Assembly (NCBI GenBank): GCA_963779685.1
Contig: CAVZZG010000003.1
Span: 44,950-108,949 of the forward strand
Source of the DNA: an uncultured Actinomycetes bacterium
Lineage (GTDB): Bacteria > Actinomycetota > Thermoleophilia > Gaiellales > F1-60-MAGs149
Length of the DNA stretch: 64,000 nt
Reading direction: 5' to 3'
The translations under genes and the position numbers were made by a program. Positions 39,029 through 47,624 of the stretch are shown here, one piece after another. The notes below the pieces were generated by a model. It did no database searches, was not told the origin of the DNA, and was given only the letters and a program-made list of their open reading frames with translations. How positions within the stretch are numbered: position 1 is the stretch's first letter; each line of letters opens with the position of its first letter.

Positions 39029-39373
39029 ATGACCAGTCGCACGGCGTGGCGTTGGTACGCCGTCGGCGCGTGCGTCGTCGGGCTCGCGCTGATCGCGACG
39101 GTCGTGGTCATCGACCCGTTCGCGTGGCGCGGCGACATTTGGTGCGGAAACCAGCCGTACACCTCGCTCGGCTCCTTCTTCGTCGTGGGAGCCGGGCTCC
39201 TCGCTGGAACCGGGGTGTTCCTCCCACCGGTCTGGCTGCCGACCGGGTCAAGCCGGCGTATGGCCGGCCTGTACTTCCTCAGGTTCGGGGTCGCCCTGGC
39301 CGGTGCGTTGTTCGCGGCCGAGGCCGTCTGGAGCTACATGCTGGACGTCACACCCCAGGCTGGGTGCCTCTGA
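39029..39373 (+). CDS. Hypothetical membrane protein (about 3-4 TM segments)
   Basis: 114-aa ORF with several hydrophobic segments and no recognisable family. Confidence 0.45.
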   Translation: MTSRTAWRWYAVGACVVGLALIATVVVIDPFAWRGDIWCGNQPYTSLGSFFVVGAGLLAGTGVFLPPVWLPTGSSRRMAGLYFLRFGVALAGALFAAEAVWSYMLDVTPQAGCL

Positions 39374-39453
39374 CCCAGGCGTGCCGGTGGGCAACGTGAC
39401 CCCGGCTGGCAGTCGCAAGGATTGCGGCCGCGGAGCGCGGCGCGGCCGGCCGG

Positions 39454-42195
39454 TCAATCCTGAGGCAGACCACGCGGCCCCATCGCATCCGCGAGTTCGG
39501 CCCGCGAGCCGATGGCGAGCTTCTGATAGACGTGGCGCAGGTGGTACTCGACGGTCTTCGGGCTGAGGAAGAGGATGGCGGCCGTCTCGCGCGTCGTCCG
39601 GCCCGATGCGAGCACCGTCGCGACCGTGTACTCCTGCGCCGTCAGCTCGTCGAACCGCTCGTCAGCGCGCGGCAGGGCCGTCTCGCCTGCCGCTGCCAGC
39701 TCGGCCGCCGCGCGCGCGGCCCAGCGAGCTGCGCCGAGGCGGTCGAACGCCGCGAAGGCCGCGCGTAGCTGCTCGCGCGCGGCGCTGCGACGGCGCGCGC
39801 GGCGCAGCCGCTCGCCGTAGAGGAGCCGTGTGCGGGCTAGCTCGAAGGCGTCGGGCGTGCGTGCGTGCAGCTCGATTGCCGTGCGGAATCGCTCGTCGAT
39901 GTCGGCGTCGACGGCGAGCAGGCCCTCCGCCCGGCGCAGCCGGGCGATCGCCCATGGCTGGCCCTTGGCGAGCGCCGCCGTGGCATAGACGCCGAGGCAC
40001 GCCGCCGCCTCGCCCGACCTGCCGCTCGCGACCAGGACCTCGACCAGCTCTGGCTCCGGGGCGAGGTCCGGGTCGCCGACGCCGAGGTCATCGATCAGCT
40101 CCCGCCGTGCTCGCAGCGCCGCCACCGATGCTGGCAGATCGCCGCGGCCGGCCTCCAGGTCGGCGAGGGCTGCGAGCCGCCAGATCTCGTAGGTGCGGCA
40201 GCCGACCTCCACGCACCGGCCGCGCAGGTGATCGATCCGCCGCATCGCCGTCTCGTGGTCGCCCAGGCGGGCTTCGAGCCAGGCCAGGCCGGCGAGGGCT
40301 GTCGCGGCGTCCAGCGCCGCGCCGATCTGTTCGGCGAGGGCGATCGCTTCCTCGTAGAGCGCGACGGCGATGCGCCACCGGGCACCCGCGGCCGCCTCCC
40401 GCGCGAGATCGCGCAGCAGCTCCACGAGCAACCCAGTCGAGATCTCCCTCCGCGTCAGGGTCTGCGCCGCGCTGAAGAGGCGGGCGCCGGCGCCCGCCTC
40501 TCGCAGGAACAACGCCCCGGCCGTTGCCCACCGAAGCGACCGGGGGTTGTCGAGCACCTCAGGGACGCGGTCGAGCTCGGCGAGCGCCTCGCTCAGGCGA
40601 CGCGGCCCCTCCCGGTCGGCCTCACCGGCGAAGATCAGCGCCATTCCGAGCAGCATCGAGGCCTCACGACGCTCCTCCGCAGGCGCTACCTCGAGCATCC
40701 GCCGTGCCATCACGACCATCCTCCGCGCGTCGCCGGCCACGAAGCACGTCCAGATGCCGGTGGCGCGCGCGTGCGCGGCGGCGCTCGGCTCGAAGGCGTC
40801 CAACCCCGCGGCCGCGCCGTCGAGGAGGTCGATCGCCGCGTCGAGCGGACCCGTTCGGGCGGCGATCAGACCAGCGAGCGCGCGCAGCTGCACCTCCTCG
40901 ATCGGATCCCCGACGATGCCTCGCGCCTCATCGACCAGCCCGGCGGCCTCGGCGAGGTCGCCTGCCTCGGCGGCTGCGGCCGCGGCGGCGTGCAGCCGGC
41001 GCGACCGCCGCGGCGGCTCGTCCGTGAGCCGTGCCGCGCGGCTCGACGCTCGCGCGGCGGCGGCGTGCGCACCCCGTGCGGTCGCCCGCCCGGCAGCCGC
41101 GTCGAGCGCGGCCGCCGCGACCTCGTCGCTGCCGGTCGCTGCGCTGGCGAGATGCCAGGCCCTGCTGTCCACCCGGTCGCGTCCGAGCACCTGCGCGAGT
41201 GCCCGGTGTGCAGCTCGCCGTTCCGCCGGAGCGGCGGAGTGGTAGCACGCCGCCTGCGCAAGCGGGTGGTAGAAGCGCAGCGCGCCGTCGGCGAGGGCTA
41301 CGAGGCCACTGGCCTCAGCCTCCTCGAGCCCCGCCTGTGCATCGGTGCCGATCACGGCGCACGCCGCCTCGATCTCCGTAAACGCCGCCCGGCCATCGGC
41401 GGCGGCGAGCAGCACGACGCGACGGGCGTCGGCCGAGAGGGGTCGGGCGCGGCGGAGGAACGCCTCGGTGATCCGATCGGACACCGCCACCAGCGACGAG
41501 TGTTCGCCCTCGCGGAGAGCGACGGGGTCGATCTCCGTCAGCCCGAGCGGGTTGCCCGTCGTGATCGCCAGGGCACGCTCGATCGCCGATGGCGAGGCCG
41601 GCCTGCCCGTGCGGGCGCTCAGCAGGACACCGGCCGCGTCGGCGTCGAGTCCCCGGAGCACGAGGAGCGGCAGGTCGGCTGCATCGTCGCCCGCCCCCTC
41701 GCGATCGCCCATCGCGAGCAGCACGGCCACGTGATCGGCACCGAGGCGGCGAGTGGCGAACAGCAGTGCCTCCGCGGAGGACCGGTCGAGCCAGTGGGCG
41801 TCGTCCACCGTGACGAGCAGGGGCTGCTCCTCGGCGAGCGAGGCCAGCAGGCCGAGCGTTGCCGCACCGACTGCGAAGCGGTCGCCCGGCGCCGGCGGGC
41901 CGAGGGCGAGGGCCCCGCGCAGGGTCGAGGCGAGCCGGTCGGGGAGGTTATCGATCGACGGCAAGACCGGCCGCAGGAGCTCGAGTAGCCCGCCGAACGG
42001 CACGGCCGCCTCGGACTCGACGCCGCGCGTCGCCAGCAGCTGCATGCCGGTCGCCCGGGCACGCACCGCCTCGATCAGCGCGGTCTTGCCGACCCCTGGC
42101 TCTCCACGGATCACCAGCACACCGGCACTGCCGCTCCGCGCCGCGGCGAGCATGCGCTCCACGCGCTCCAGCTCCGGATCCCGGCCGACGAGCAC
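39454..42195 (-). CDS. LAL-type (large ATP-binding LuxR family) transcriptional regulator
   Basis: N-terminal AAA/STAND P-loop GEPGVGKTAL with a Walker B-like LLVTVDDAHWLD. A long Ala/Leu-rich TPR-like middle region. C-terminal LuxR HTH (LTAQEYTVATVLASGRTTRETAAILFLSPKTVEYHLRHVYQKL). 913 aa. Confidence 0.9.
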   Translation of the reverse strand: MLVGRDPELERVERMLAAARSGSAGVLVIRGEPGVGKTALIEAVRARATGMQLLATRGVESEAAVPFGGLLELLRPVLPSIDNLPDRLASTLRGALALGPPAPGDRFAVGAATLGLLASLAEEQPLLVTVDDAHWLDRSSAEALLFATRRLGADHVAVLLAMGDREGAGDDAADLPLLVLRGLDADAAGVLLSARTGRPASPSAIERALAITTGNPLGLTEIDPVALREGEHSSLVAVSDRITEAFLRRARPLSADARRVVLLAAADGRAAFTEIEAACAVIGTDAQAGLEEAEASGLVALADGALRFYHPLAQAACYHSAAPAERRAAHRALAQVLGRDRVDSRAWHLASAATGSDEVAAAALDAAAGRATARGAHAAAARASSRAARLTDEPPRRSRRLHAAAAAAAEAGDLAEAAGLVDEARGIVGDPIEEVQLRALAGLIAARTGPLDAAIDLLDGAAAGLDAFEPSAAAHARATGIWTCFVAGDARRMVVMARRMLEVAPAEERREASMLLGMALIFAGEADREGPRRLSEALAELDRVPEVLDNPRSLRWATAGALFLREAGAGARLFSAAQTLTRREISTGLLVELLRDLAREAAAGARWRIAVALYEEAIALAEQIGAALDAATALAGLAWLEARLGDHETAMRRIDHLRGRCVEVGCRTYEIWRLAALADLEAGRGDLPASVAALRARRELIDDLGVGDPDLAPEPELVEVLVASGRSGEAAACLGVYATAALAKGQPWAIARLRRAEGLLAVDADIDERFRTAIELHARTPDAFELARTRLLYGERLRRARRRSAAREQLRAAFAAFDRLGAARWAARAAAELAAAGETALPRADERFDELTAQEYTVATVLASGRTTRETAAILFLSPKTVEYHLRHVYQKLAIGSRAELADAMGPRGLPQD

Positions 42196-42292
42196 CGCAC
42201 GATTCTACGCCGCCGCCATGACCAGGGGTGGGCCCCTGATGCGGAGGTCGATGGCGCGGCGTAGCGTCACCGCCAACGCGAAAGGAGCGGGA

Positions 42293-43360
42293 ATGGCAGC
42301 GAACGTGATCGACGAGGAACGGCTCGGAGCGTTCATGAACCAGGCGGTGACCGAGCTCGGCGCAACGCTCGGTGCGGCACTCGTGGTGATCGGCGACCAG
42401 CTCGGCCTCTACCGGGCCATGGCCGACGGCAGTCCGCTGCTCCCGGCGGAGCTCGCCGACCGGACGGGCACCACGGAGCGCTACGTCCGCGAGTGGCTCT
42501 GCGCCCAGGCGGCAGGCGGTTACATCGAATACGACGCCGCGACACGCCGCTTCCGCCTGCCGCCCGAGCAGGCGCTGGCGCTCGCCGACGAGACCAGCCC
42601 GTTCTTCCTCTGCGGGGCGTTCCAGGGCATGACGAGCCTCGTGCGCGACGAGCCGAAGATCCGCGCGGCCTTCCAGAGCGGCTCCGGTGTAGGGTGGCAC
42701 GAGCACCACCACGACCTCTTCGAGGGCACCGAGCGCTTCTTCCGCACTGGCTACAACGCACACCTGATCCACGACTGGATCCCGGCACTCGACGGCGTCG
42801 AGGAGCGCCTCCGCACCGGCGCGAGCGTTGCCGACATCGGCTGCGGGCTGGGCGCGTCGACGATCCTGATGGCGCGCGCCTACCCGGAGTCGACCTTCGT
42901 CGGCTTCGACTACCACGACGAGTCGATCCGGCTCGCGACCGAGCGCGCATCGGCGGCGGGCGTGGGCGACCGCGTCCGCTTCGAGGTCGCCTCAGCGAAG
43001 CAGTTCCACGGGCGGGACTACGATCTCGTCGCAATGTTCGACTGCCTGCACGACATGGGTGATCCCGTCGGCGCGGCGCGCCACGTGCGCCAGGCCCTGC
43101 GGCCCGACGGCACGTGGCTGGTGGTCGAGCCCTTCGCCGGCGACGCCGTCGAGGAGAACCTCAACCCCGTCGGGCGTGTCTACTACGGCGCCTCGACGCT
43201 CGTCTGCACGCCAGCCTCGCTCTCGCAGGAGGTCGGTCTCGGCCTCGGCGCCCAGGCCGGCGAGGCGCGGCTGCGCGACGTCGTCACGGCCGGCGGCTTC
43301 ACCCGCTTCCGCCGGGCGACCGAGACGCCCTTCAACCTCGTGCTGGAAGCGCGGCCATGA
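42293..43360 (+). CDS. Class I SAM-dependent methyltransferase with an N-terminal winged-helix dimerisation-like domain
   Basis: RBS AAAGGAG, then ATG at 42293. SAM motif I is VADIGCGLGAS. It also has the acidic loop FDYHDES and the post-II motif DLVAMFDCLHDMGDP. Confidence 0.85.
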   Translation: MAANVIDEERLGAFMNQAVTELGATLGAALVVIGDQLGLYRAMADGSPLLPAELADRTGTTERYVREWLCAQAAGGYIEYDAATRRFRLPPEQALALADETSPFFLCGAFQGMTSLVRDEPKIRAAFQSGSGVGWHEHHHDLFEGTERFFRTGYNAHLIHDWIPALDGVEERLRTGASVADIGCGLGASTILMARAYPESTFVGFDYHDESIRLATERASAAGVGDRVRFEVASAKQFHGRDYDLVAMFDCLHDMGDPVGAARHVRQALRPDGTWLVVEPFAGDAVEENLNPVGRVYYGASTLVCTPASLSQEVGLGLGAQAGEARLRDVVTAGGFTRFRRATETPFNLVLEARP

Positions 43361-45492
43361 GCGACGCCGTCACGCGCACGACGCTCGCCCGTCAGCCGGA
43401 CGAGGCCGGGTTCGTCGAGCGTGACGGCGTGCGGATCGCCTACGCGAGCTACGGCTCCGGGCCGGAGACGATCGTGCTCCTGCCAAGCTGGACGCTGGTC
43501 GACGCGCGGCAGTGGCGGGCCCAGGTGCCCTACCTCGCCCGCCACTGTCGCGTCGTCACGTTCGACCCGCGCGGGAACGGCGGAAGCGACGCCCCGCTCG
43601 AGCCGGCCGCCTACGCCGAGCGGGAGGTCGCGCTCGACGCCGTCGCCGTCATGGACCAGCTCGGCATCCAGCGGGCCGGCATCGTCGGCCTGTCGAGCGG
43701 CGCGCTACCGCTCGTCGTGCTCGCGGCCGAGCATCCTGAACGCGTGCGCGCCGCGGTCGTGATCGCCGCGGCCGTTCCGCTCGTCGACACCCTCGAGCAG
43801 GCGGTCGACTTCGAGGCCGTGGTCGACGATCCGCAGGGCTGGGAACGCTATAGCCGGCACGCCTGGCTGACCGACTTCGACGGCTTCGTGCAGTGGTTCA
43901 CGGGCGAGATCTTCAGCGAGCCGCACTCGACCAGGGCGTTCGAGTACCTCGTCGGGCTCACCGAGGGCACGACCGGCGAGACCCTGGCACGAGCGGTGGA
44001 CGGTGAGGCCCTCGACGAGGAGGAGGTGCGGCGGCTCGCGCGCAGCATCCGCTGCCCGCTGCTCGTCGTGCACGGTGACGAGGACCGCGTCACGGCCTAC
44101 GCCGGCGGCGTCGAGTTGGCGCGTGAGACCGGCGCGCCGCTCGTCACCTACCACGGCGTCGGCCACCAGCCGGCGGTGCGGGAGCCGGTGAGGCTCAACC
44201 TGCTGCTCCGCGACGCGTTGCTTGCGCCGCGAACGCCTGCGCCGTTCACGCGCGCCGTCCGCCGCGCGCCGCGCGCGCTGGTCGTGTGCTCGCCGATCGG
44301 GCTCGGCCACGTCCGCCGCGACCTCGCCGTCGTGGCCGAGTTGCGCCGACGCGTGCCGGGTCTCGAGATCGAGTGGCTCGCACAGCACCCCGTCACTGCG
44401 GTCCTGCAGGAGCACGGCGAGCGTGTGCACGCAGCCAGCCGCGAGCTCGCCAGCGAGTCGGCGCACTGGACGGCGGCGAGCTCCGGACATCGCCTCCCGG
44501 CGTTCGAGGCCTTCCGGCGCATGGACGACATCCTGCTTGCCAACTACCTGCTCTTCGACGACGTCGCGCACGACGGCGCGTACGACCTCTGGCTCGGCGA
44601 CGAGGCCTGGGACGTCGACTACTTCCTGCACGAGAACCCGGAGCGCAAGAGCGCCGCGTACGTGTGGATGACCGACTTCGTCGGCTTCGCCGCGCTGCCG
44701 GATGGAGGTGAGCGCGAGGCGACCCTCGTCGCCGACTACAACGCCGAGATGGTCGAGCAGGTCGAGCGGTTCCCCCGCCTTCGCGACGCCGCGATCTTCG
44801 TCGGCGACCCGGCGGACATCCCTCCGGGCCGGTTCGGGCCCGATCTCCCCGAGGTACGGCCATGGGTCGAGCGGCGATTCGACTTCAGCGGTTACATCAC
44901 CGATCCGCACCAGCCCGGCCCGGGCGATCGTGCGCGCCTGCGCGCGGAGCTCGGGATCGACGACGGACCGCTCTGTGTGGTCGCCGTCGGCGGCTCGGGC
45001 GTCGGGTCGGCGCTGCTCGAGCGGGCCGTGGCCGCGCTGGCGTACGTCCGCCGGCAGGTGCCGGGCCTCAGCATGCTCGCGGTGGCCGGACCCCGGATCG
45101 ATCCGGCGTCGCTGCCGGCGGCCGAGGGCCTGGAAGCGGTCGGCCACATCGCCGACCTGCCGGCCTGGCTGGCCGCGTGCGACGTCGCAGTCGTCCAGGG
45201 CGGCCTGTCGACCTGCATGGAGCTGGTCGCTGCGGGAACGCCGTTCGTCCAGATTCCGCTCGATGACCACTACGAGCAGCAGGTGCACGTCCGCCACCGG
45301 CTCGTCCGGCATGGCGCCGGCCCGGGCCTGGCATTCGACGACGCGTCACCGGAGGGCCTCGCCGCCGCGATCGTCAGACGCCTCGAGGAGCCGCCGCCGC
45401 GCTACCTCGCCGTGCCCGCCGACGGTGCGGCGCGCGCCGCCGAGCAGATCGCGCCGCTGCTCGTGCAACAGGGCAGCAGGCAGCTCTGGTGA
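43357..45492 (+). CDS. Fusion protein: N-terminal alpha/beta-hydrolase fold plus C-terminal GT-B (GT1/GT28 MGT-like) glycosyltransferase
   Basis: Residues 1 to ~290 carry the nucleophile elbow GLSSG, HGDEDRV and a terminal His (HGVGH). From residue ~300 there is SPIGLGHVRRDL.., then ..VAVGGSGVG.. and VVQGGLSTCMELVAAGTPFVQIPL..HYEQ. The ATG overlaps the methyltransferase stop (ATGA). Confidence 0.78.
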   Translation: MSDAVTRTTLARQPDEAGFVERDGVRIAYASYGSGPETIVLLPSWTLVDARQWRAQVPYLARHCRVVTFDPRGNGGSDAPLEPAAYAEREVALDAVAVMDQLGIQRAGIVGLSSGALPLVVLAAEHPERVRAAVVIAAAVPLVDTLEQAVDFEAVVDDPQGWERYSRHAWLTDFDGFVQWFTGEIFSEPHSTRAFEYLVGLTEGTTGETLARAVDGEALDEEEVRRLARSIRCPLLVVHGDEDRVTAYAGGVELARETGAPLVTYHGVGHQPAVREPVRLNLLLRDALLAPRTPAPFTRAVRRAPRALVVCSPIGLGHVRRDLAVVAELRRRVPGLEIEWLAQHPVTAVLQEHGERVHAASRELASESAHWTAASSGHRLPAFEAFRRMDDILLANYLLFDDVAHDGAYDLWLGDEAWDVDYFLHENPERKSAAYVWMTDFVGFAALPDGGEREATLVADYNAEMVEQVERFPRLRDAAIFVGDPADIPPGRFGPDLPEVRPWVERRFDFSGYITDPHQPGPGDRARLRAELGIDDGPLCVVAVGGSGVGSALLERAVAALAYVRRQVPGLSMLAVAGPRIDPASLPAAEGLEAVGHIADLPAWLAACDVAVVQGGLSTCMELVAAGTPFVQIPLDDHYEQQVHVRHRLVRHGAGPGLAFDDASPEGLAAAIVRRLEEPPPRYLAVPADGAARAAEQIAPLLVQQGSRQLW

Positions 45493-45613
45493 TCGACGTG
45501 ACGGCGTAGGAGCCGCGGATCGGGAAGCGCGCCCGGCACTTTTGCGGGAAACCCGCACACTTGCGCGGCCTCACTGCTTCACAACGACCGGCCGACCTGT
45601 TATTACCCAGTAC

Positions 45614-46438
45614 ATGGCAGAAGGAGAGGGCAAGGGACTCGGCATCATCGCTGGACTCGCAGTGGCGCTCGGCGGCGGGATCGTCGTGCTGGCGCTGCTG
45701 GTGCTGTTGTTCAGGTCGATGGATTCGAGCAGCGCGAGTTCGACGGTCACCGTCACGGCGGCGGCGACCACGTCAACCGCCCCGGCGACGACCGCGGCGG
45801 CGGCGACGAGCCAGCCTGCCGAGGTGGTGCTGGGTGCGCGCACGTACGTCGCGTTCGCCTGTGGCGCCTGCCATGGCTGGAAGGGAGAGGGTGGCGTCTC
45901 GCCGGCCGTGCCGCCGCTGAACGTCGCCTCCCAGGAGTTCACGCCCGCCCAGCTGCGCGCGATCATCAACCATGGTGCCCCATCGCCCCTCCCGGCCGAC
46001 CCGAAGCAGCCGTTCATGCCGGTCTGGGGTCCGGTCATCTCCGACCAGCAGGTCTCGGCGCTCGTCGCGTACATCAACGCCAAGCTCCCGACGATCGAGG
46101 GCATCGCCCCACCGGACGTGCCGGCAGGCGCTTCCGACGAGGTCGCCGGCTCGATCCTCTACCAGAGCTACGGTTGCATCAACTGCCACGGCCCGAACGG
46201 CCTCGGCGGCGTGCCGAACCCGGCCAACCCCGCCGGCGAGCCGATCCCGGCGCTGTCGGGGGCCGACTTCCGCAAGGAATTCAACACGCCGGAGAAGATC
46301 TCGTCGATCATCCTCGACGGCAGCGTGCTCGGGTCCAGCGCCCGCCCGATCGTCTCGATGCCCCACTGGCGGGGCATCCTCACGGACGCCGAGGTGGCGC
46401 AACTCGTCGCCTTCATCGACACGCTCAAGAAGCGGTAG
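45614..46438 (+). CDS. Membrane-anchored diheme c-type cytochrome
   Basis: Two CxxCH motifs (CGACH, CINCH). An N-terminal TM helix is followed by a Ser/Thr/Ala-rich linker. Each heme domain has a distal Met (FMPVWG, SMPHW). Confidence 0.85.
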   Translation: MAEGEGKGLGIIAGLAVALGGGIVVLALLVLLFRSMDSSSASSTVTVTAAATTSTAPATTAAAATSQPAEVVLGARTYVAFACGACHGWKGEGGVSPAVPPLNVASQEFTPAQLRAIINHGAPSPLPADPKQPFMPVWGPVISDQQVSALVAYINAKLPTIEGIAPPDVPAGASDEVAGSILYQSYGCINCHGPNGLGGVPNPANPAGEPIPALSGADFRKEFNTPEKISSIILDGSVLGSSARPIVSMPHWRGILTDAEVAQLVAFIDTLKKR

Positions 46439-46455
46439 GCGCCGGTCGCGTTCGC

Positions 46456-47124
46456 TCAGGCGGCGTCGGTCATCTGGCGCCGAAGCGGTGAGAGCACGGC
46501 CCACAGCTCGTAGGACGAGACCACGCGGCGGCTGCGATCGCCGAGTGGAGGCCCGCCCGCGAACAGCGGTGGCCACACGCTGATGCCCTGATCGGCGTTG
46601 AGCTGCAGCATGTGGGCCTCCCAGCCCGGCCAGCGGAGCCGCTCGTAGAAGCCGCCCAGCTCGGTCGTGATCATCCACTGCAGCCAGGTCGAGTAGCTCA
46701 GGCCGAGGTCCTGCCACTCGAGCGTGTCGGGCGCGAGGTAGTACACGTTGCCGGCGCCGACGTCGCCAAGGCCACCGCCGTTGATGGCGAAGAACCCGCC
46801 GACGGCGTCGTGGGCGACGACGATGGCACGATCGAGCGGCTCGAAGTCGTCGGACGGCGTGTTCCAGGCCAGCAGGCCGTAGCGGATGCGCGGGCCGCCG
46901 GCGCCGAGGATCCGCAGCCAGCCGCCCTCCAGCAGGAGCCCCCCGCAGTGCGTGACGAAGGCTCCGAGCAGGGACCGCGGCGTCAGTTCCAGCGCCTGGA
47001 GCGTCTGGTGGATGCTCACGAGATCGGGGCCGAGGACGCGACAGTCGGGAGACTTGTCGATCCAGGCCTCGATTGCGGGCCATGCGTCGTCTGGTTGGTC
47101 CATCCCATCGCAGCATGCACCCAT
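46456..47124 (-). CDS. DUF2625-family protein
   Basis: ..VVAHDAVGGFFAINGG..GNVYYLAPDTLEWQDLGLSYSTWLQWM..FYERLRWPGWE..DQGISVWPPL.. matches my recollection of the DUF2625 family. The start is the ATG at 47124 or 47103. The rest of ORF 46456..47466 is antisense to the next gene. Confidence 0.68.
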   Translation of the reverse strand: MGACCDGMDQPDDAWPAIEAWIDKSPDCRVLGPDLVSIHQTLQALELTPRSLLGAFVTHCGGLLLEGGWLRILGAGGPRIRYGLLAWNTPSDDFEPLDRAIVVAHDAVGGFFAINGGGLGDVGAGNVYYLAPDTLEWQDLGLSYSTWLQWMITTELGGFYERLRWPGWEAHMLQLNADQGISVWPPLFAGGPPLGDRSRRVVSSYELWAVLSPLRRQMTDAA

Positions 47125-47178
47125 CCGGCGAATTCTGCTGCCTCGATCCCACCCGCGCGGGAGCGATACGCTGCATCT

Positions 47179-47475
47179 GTGAAGCGAGGCCTCATGATCG
47201 CGCTGTTCGCCGCACTCCTCGCGGGTGCGCTGGGCAACATCGTCGAACGGGCCGTGTACGGCGCCACCGAGAGCGAGCGGCAGCGGGCCGCGGCCCTCGC
47301 CGACGCCCAGCGCAACGGTGACGCCGTGGCCGCCGAGCGCGTGCTGGCCGCGAACGCCGTCGACGTCGGCCCGCGCGAGATGGCGTTCACGATGCTGCCG
47401 TTCATCCTGGTGCTCGGCGGCTACGCCGGGTACGTCGTGGTCACTCGGCGCAGGTCGGAGCAGCATCCGGCGTGA
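47179..47475 (+). CDS. Hypothetical small membrane protein (2 TM segments)
   Basis: The tail of ORF 46612..47475 has GTG at 47179 or ATG at 47194. It has hydrophobic N- and C-terminal helices. Confidence 0.45.
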   Translation: MKRGLMIALFAALLAGALGNIVERAVYGATESERQRAAALADAQRNGDAVAAERVLAANAVDVGPREMAFTMLPFILVLGGYAGYVVVTRRRSEQHPA

Positions 47476-47624
47476 CGGTGCTGTTCGCGGTGCTGACCGC
47501 CGGCCTGGCCGCGATCGCGGTTGCCGCCGCGCGGGCGCATGCGTGGGTCGTCGCGATCGGCGCCGGCGCCCTCGCGGGTTTCATGGCGACCTTCGTGCGA
47601 GCGACTCTGCGACGCCGAAGATGA
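47472..47624 (+). CDS. Possible 50-aa two-helix membrane peptide (below the ORF-track cutoff)
   Basis: VTVLFAVLTAGLAAIAVAAARAHAWVVAIGAGALAGFMATFVRATLRRRR*. The GTG overlaps the previous stop (GTGA) and its stop overlaps the xerC ATG (ATGA). Confidence 0.35.
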   Translation: MTVLFAVLTAGLAAIAVAAARAHAWVVAIGAGALAGFMATFVRATLRRRR

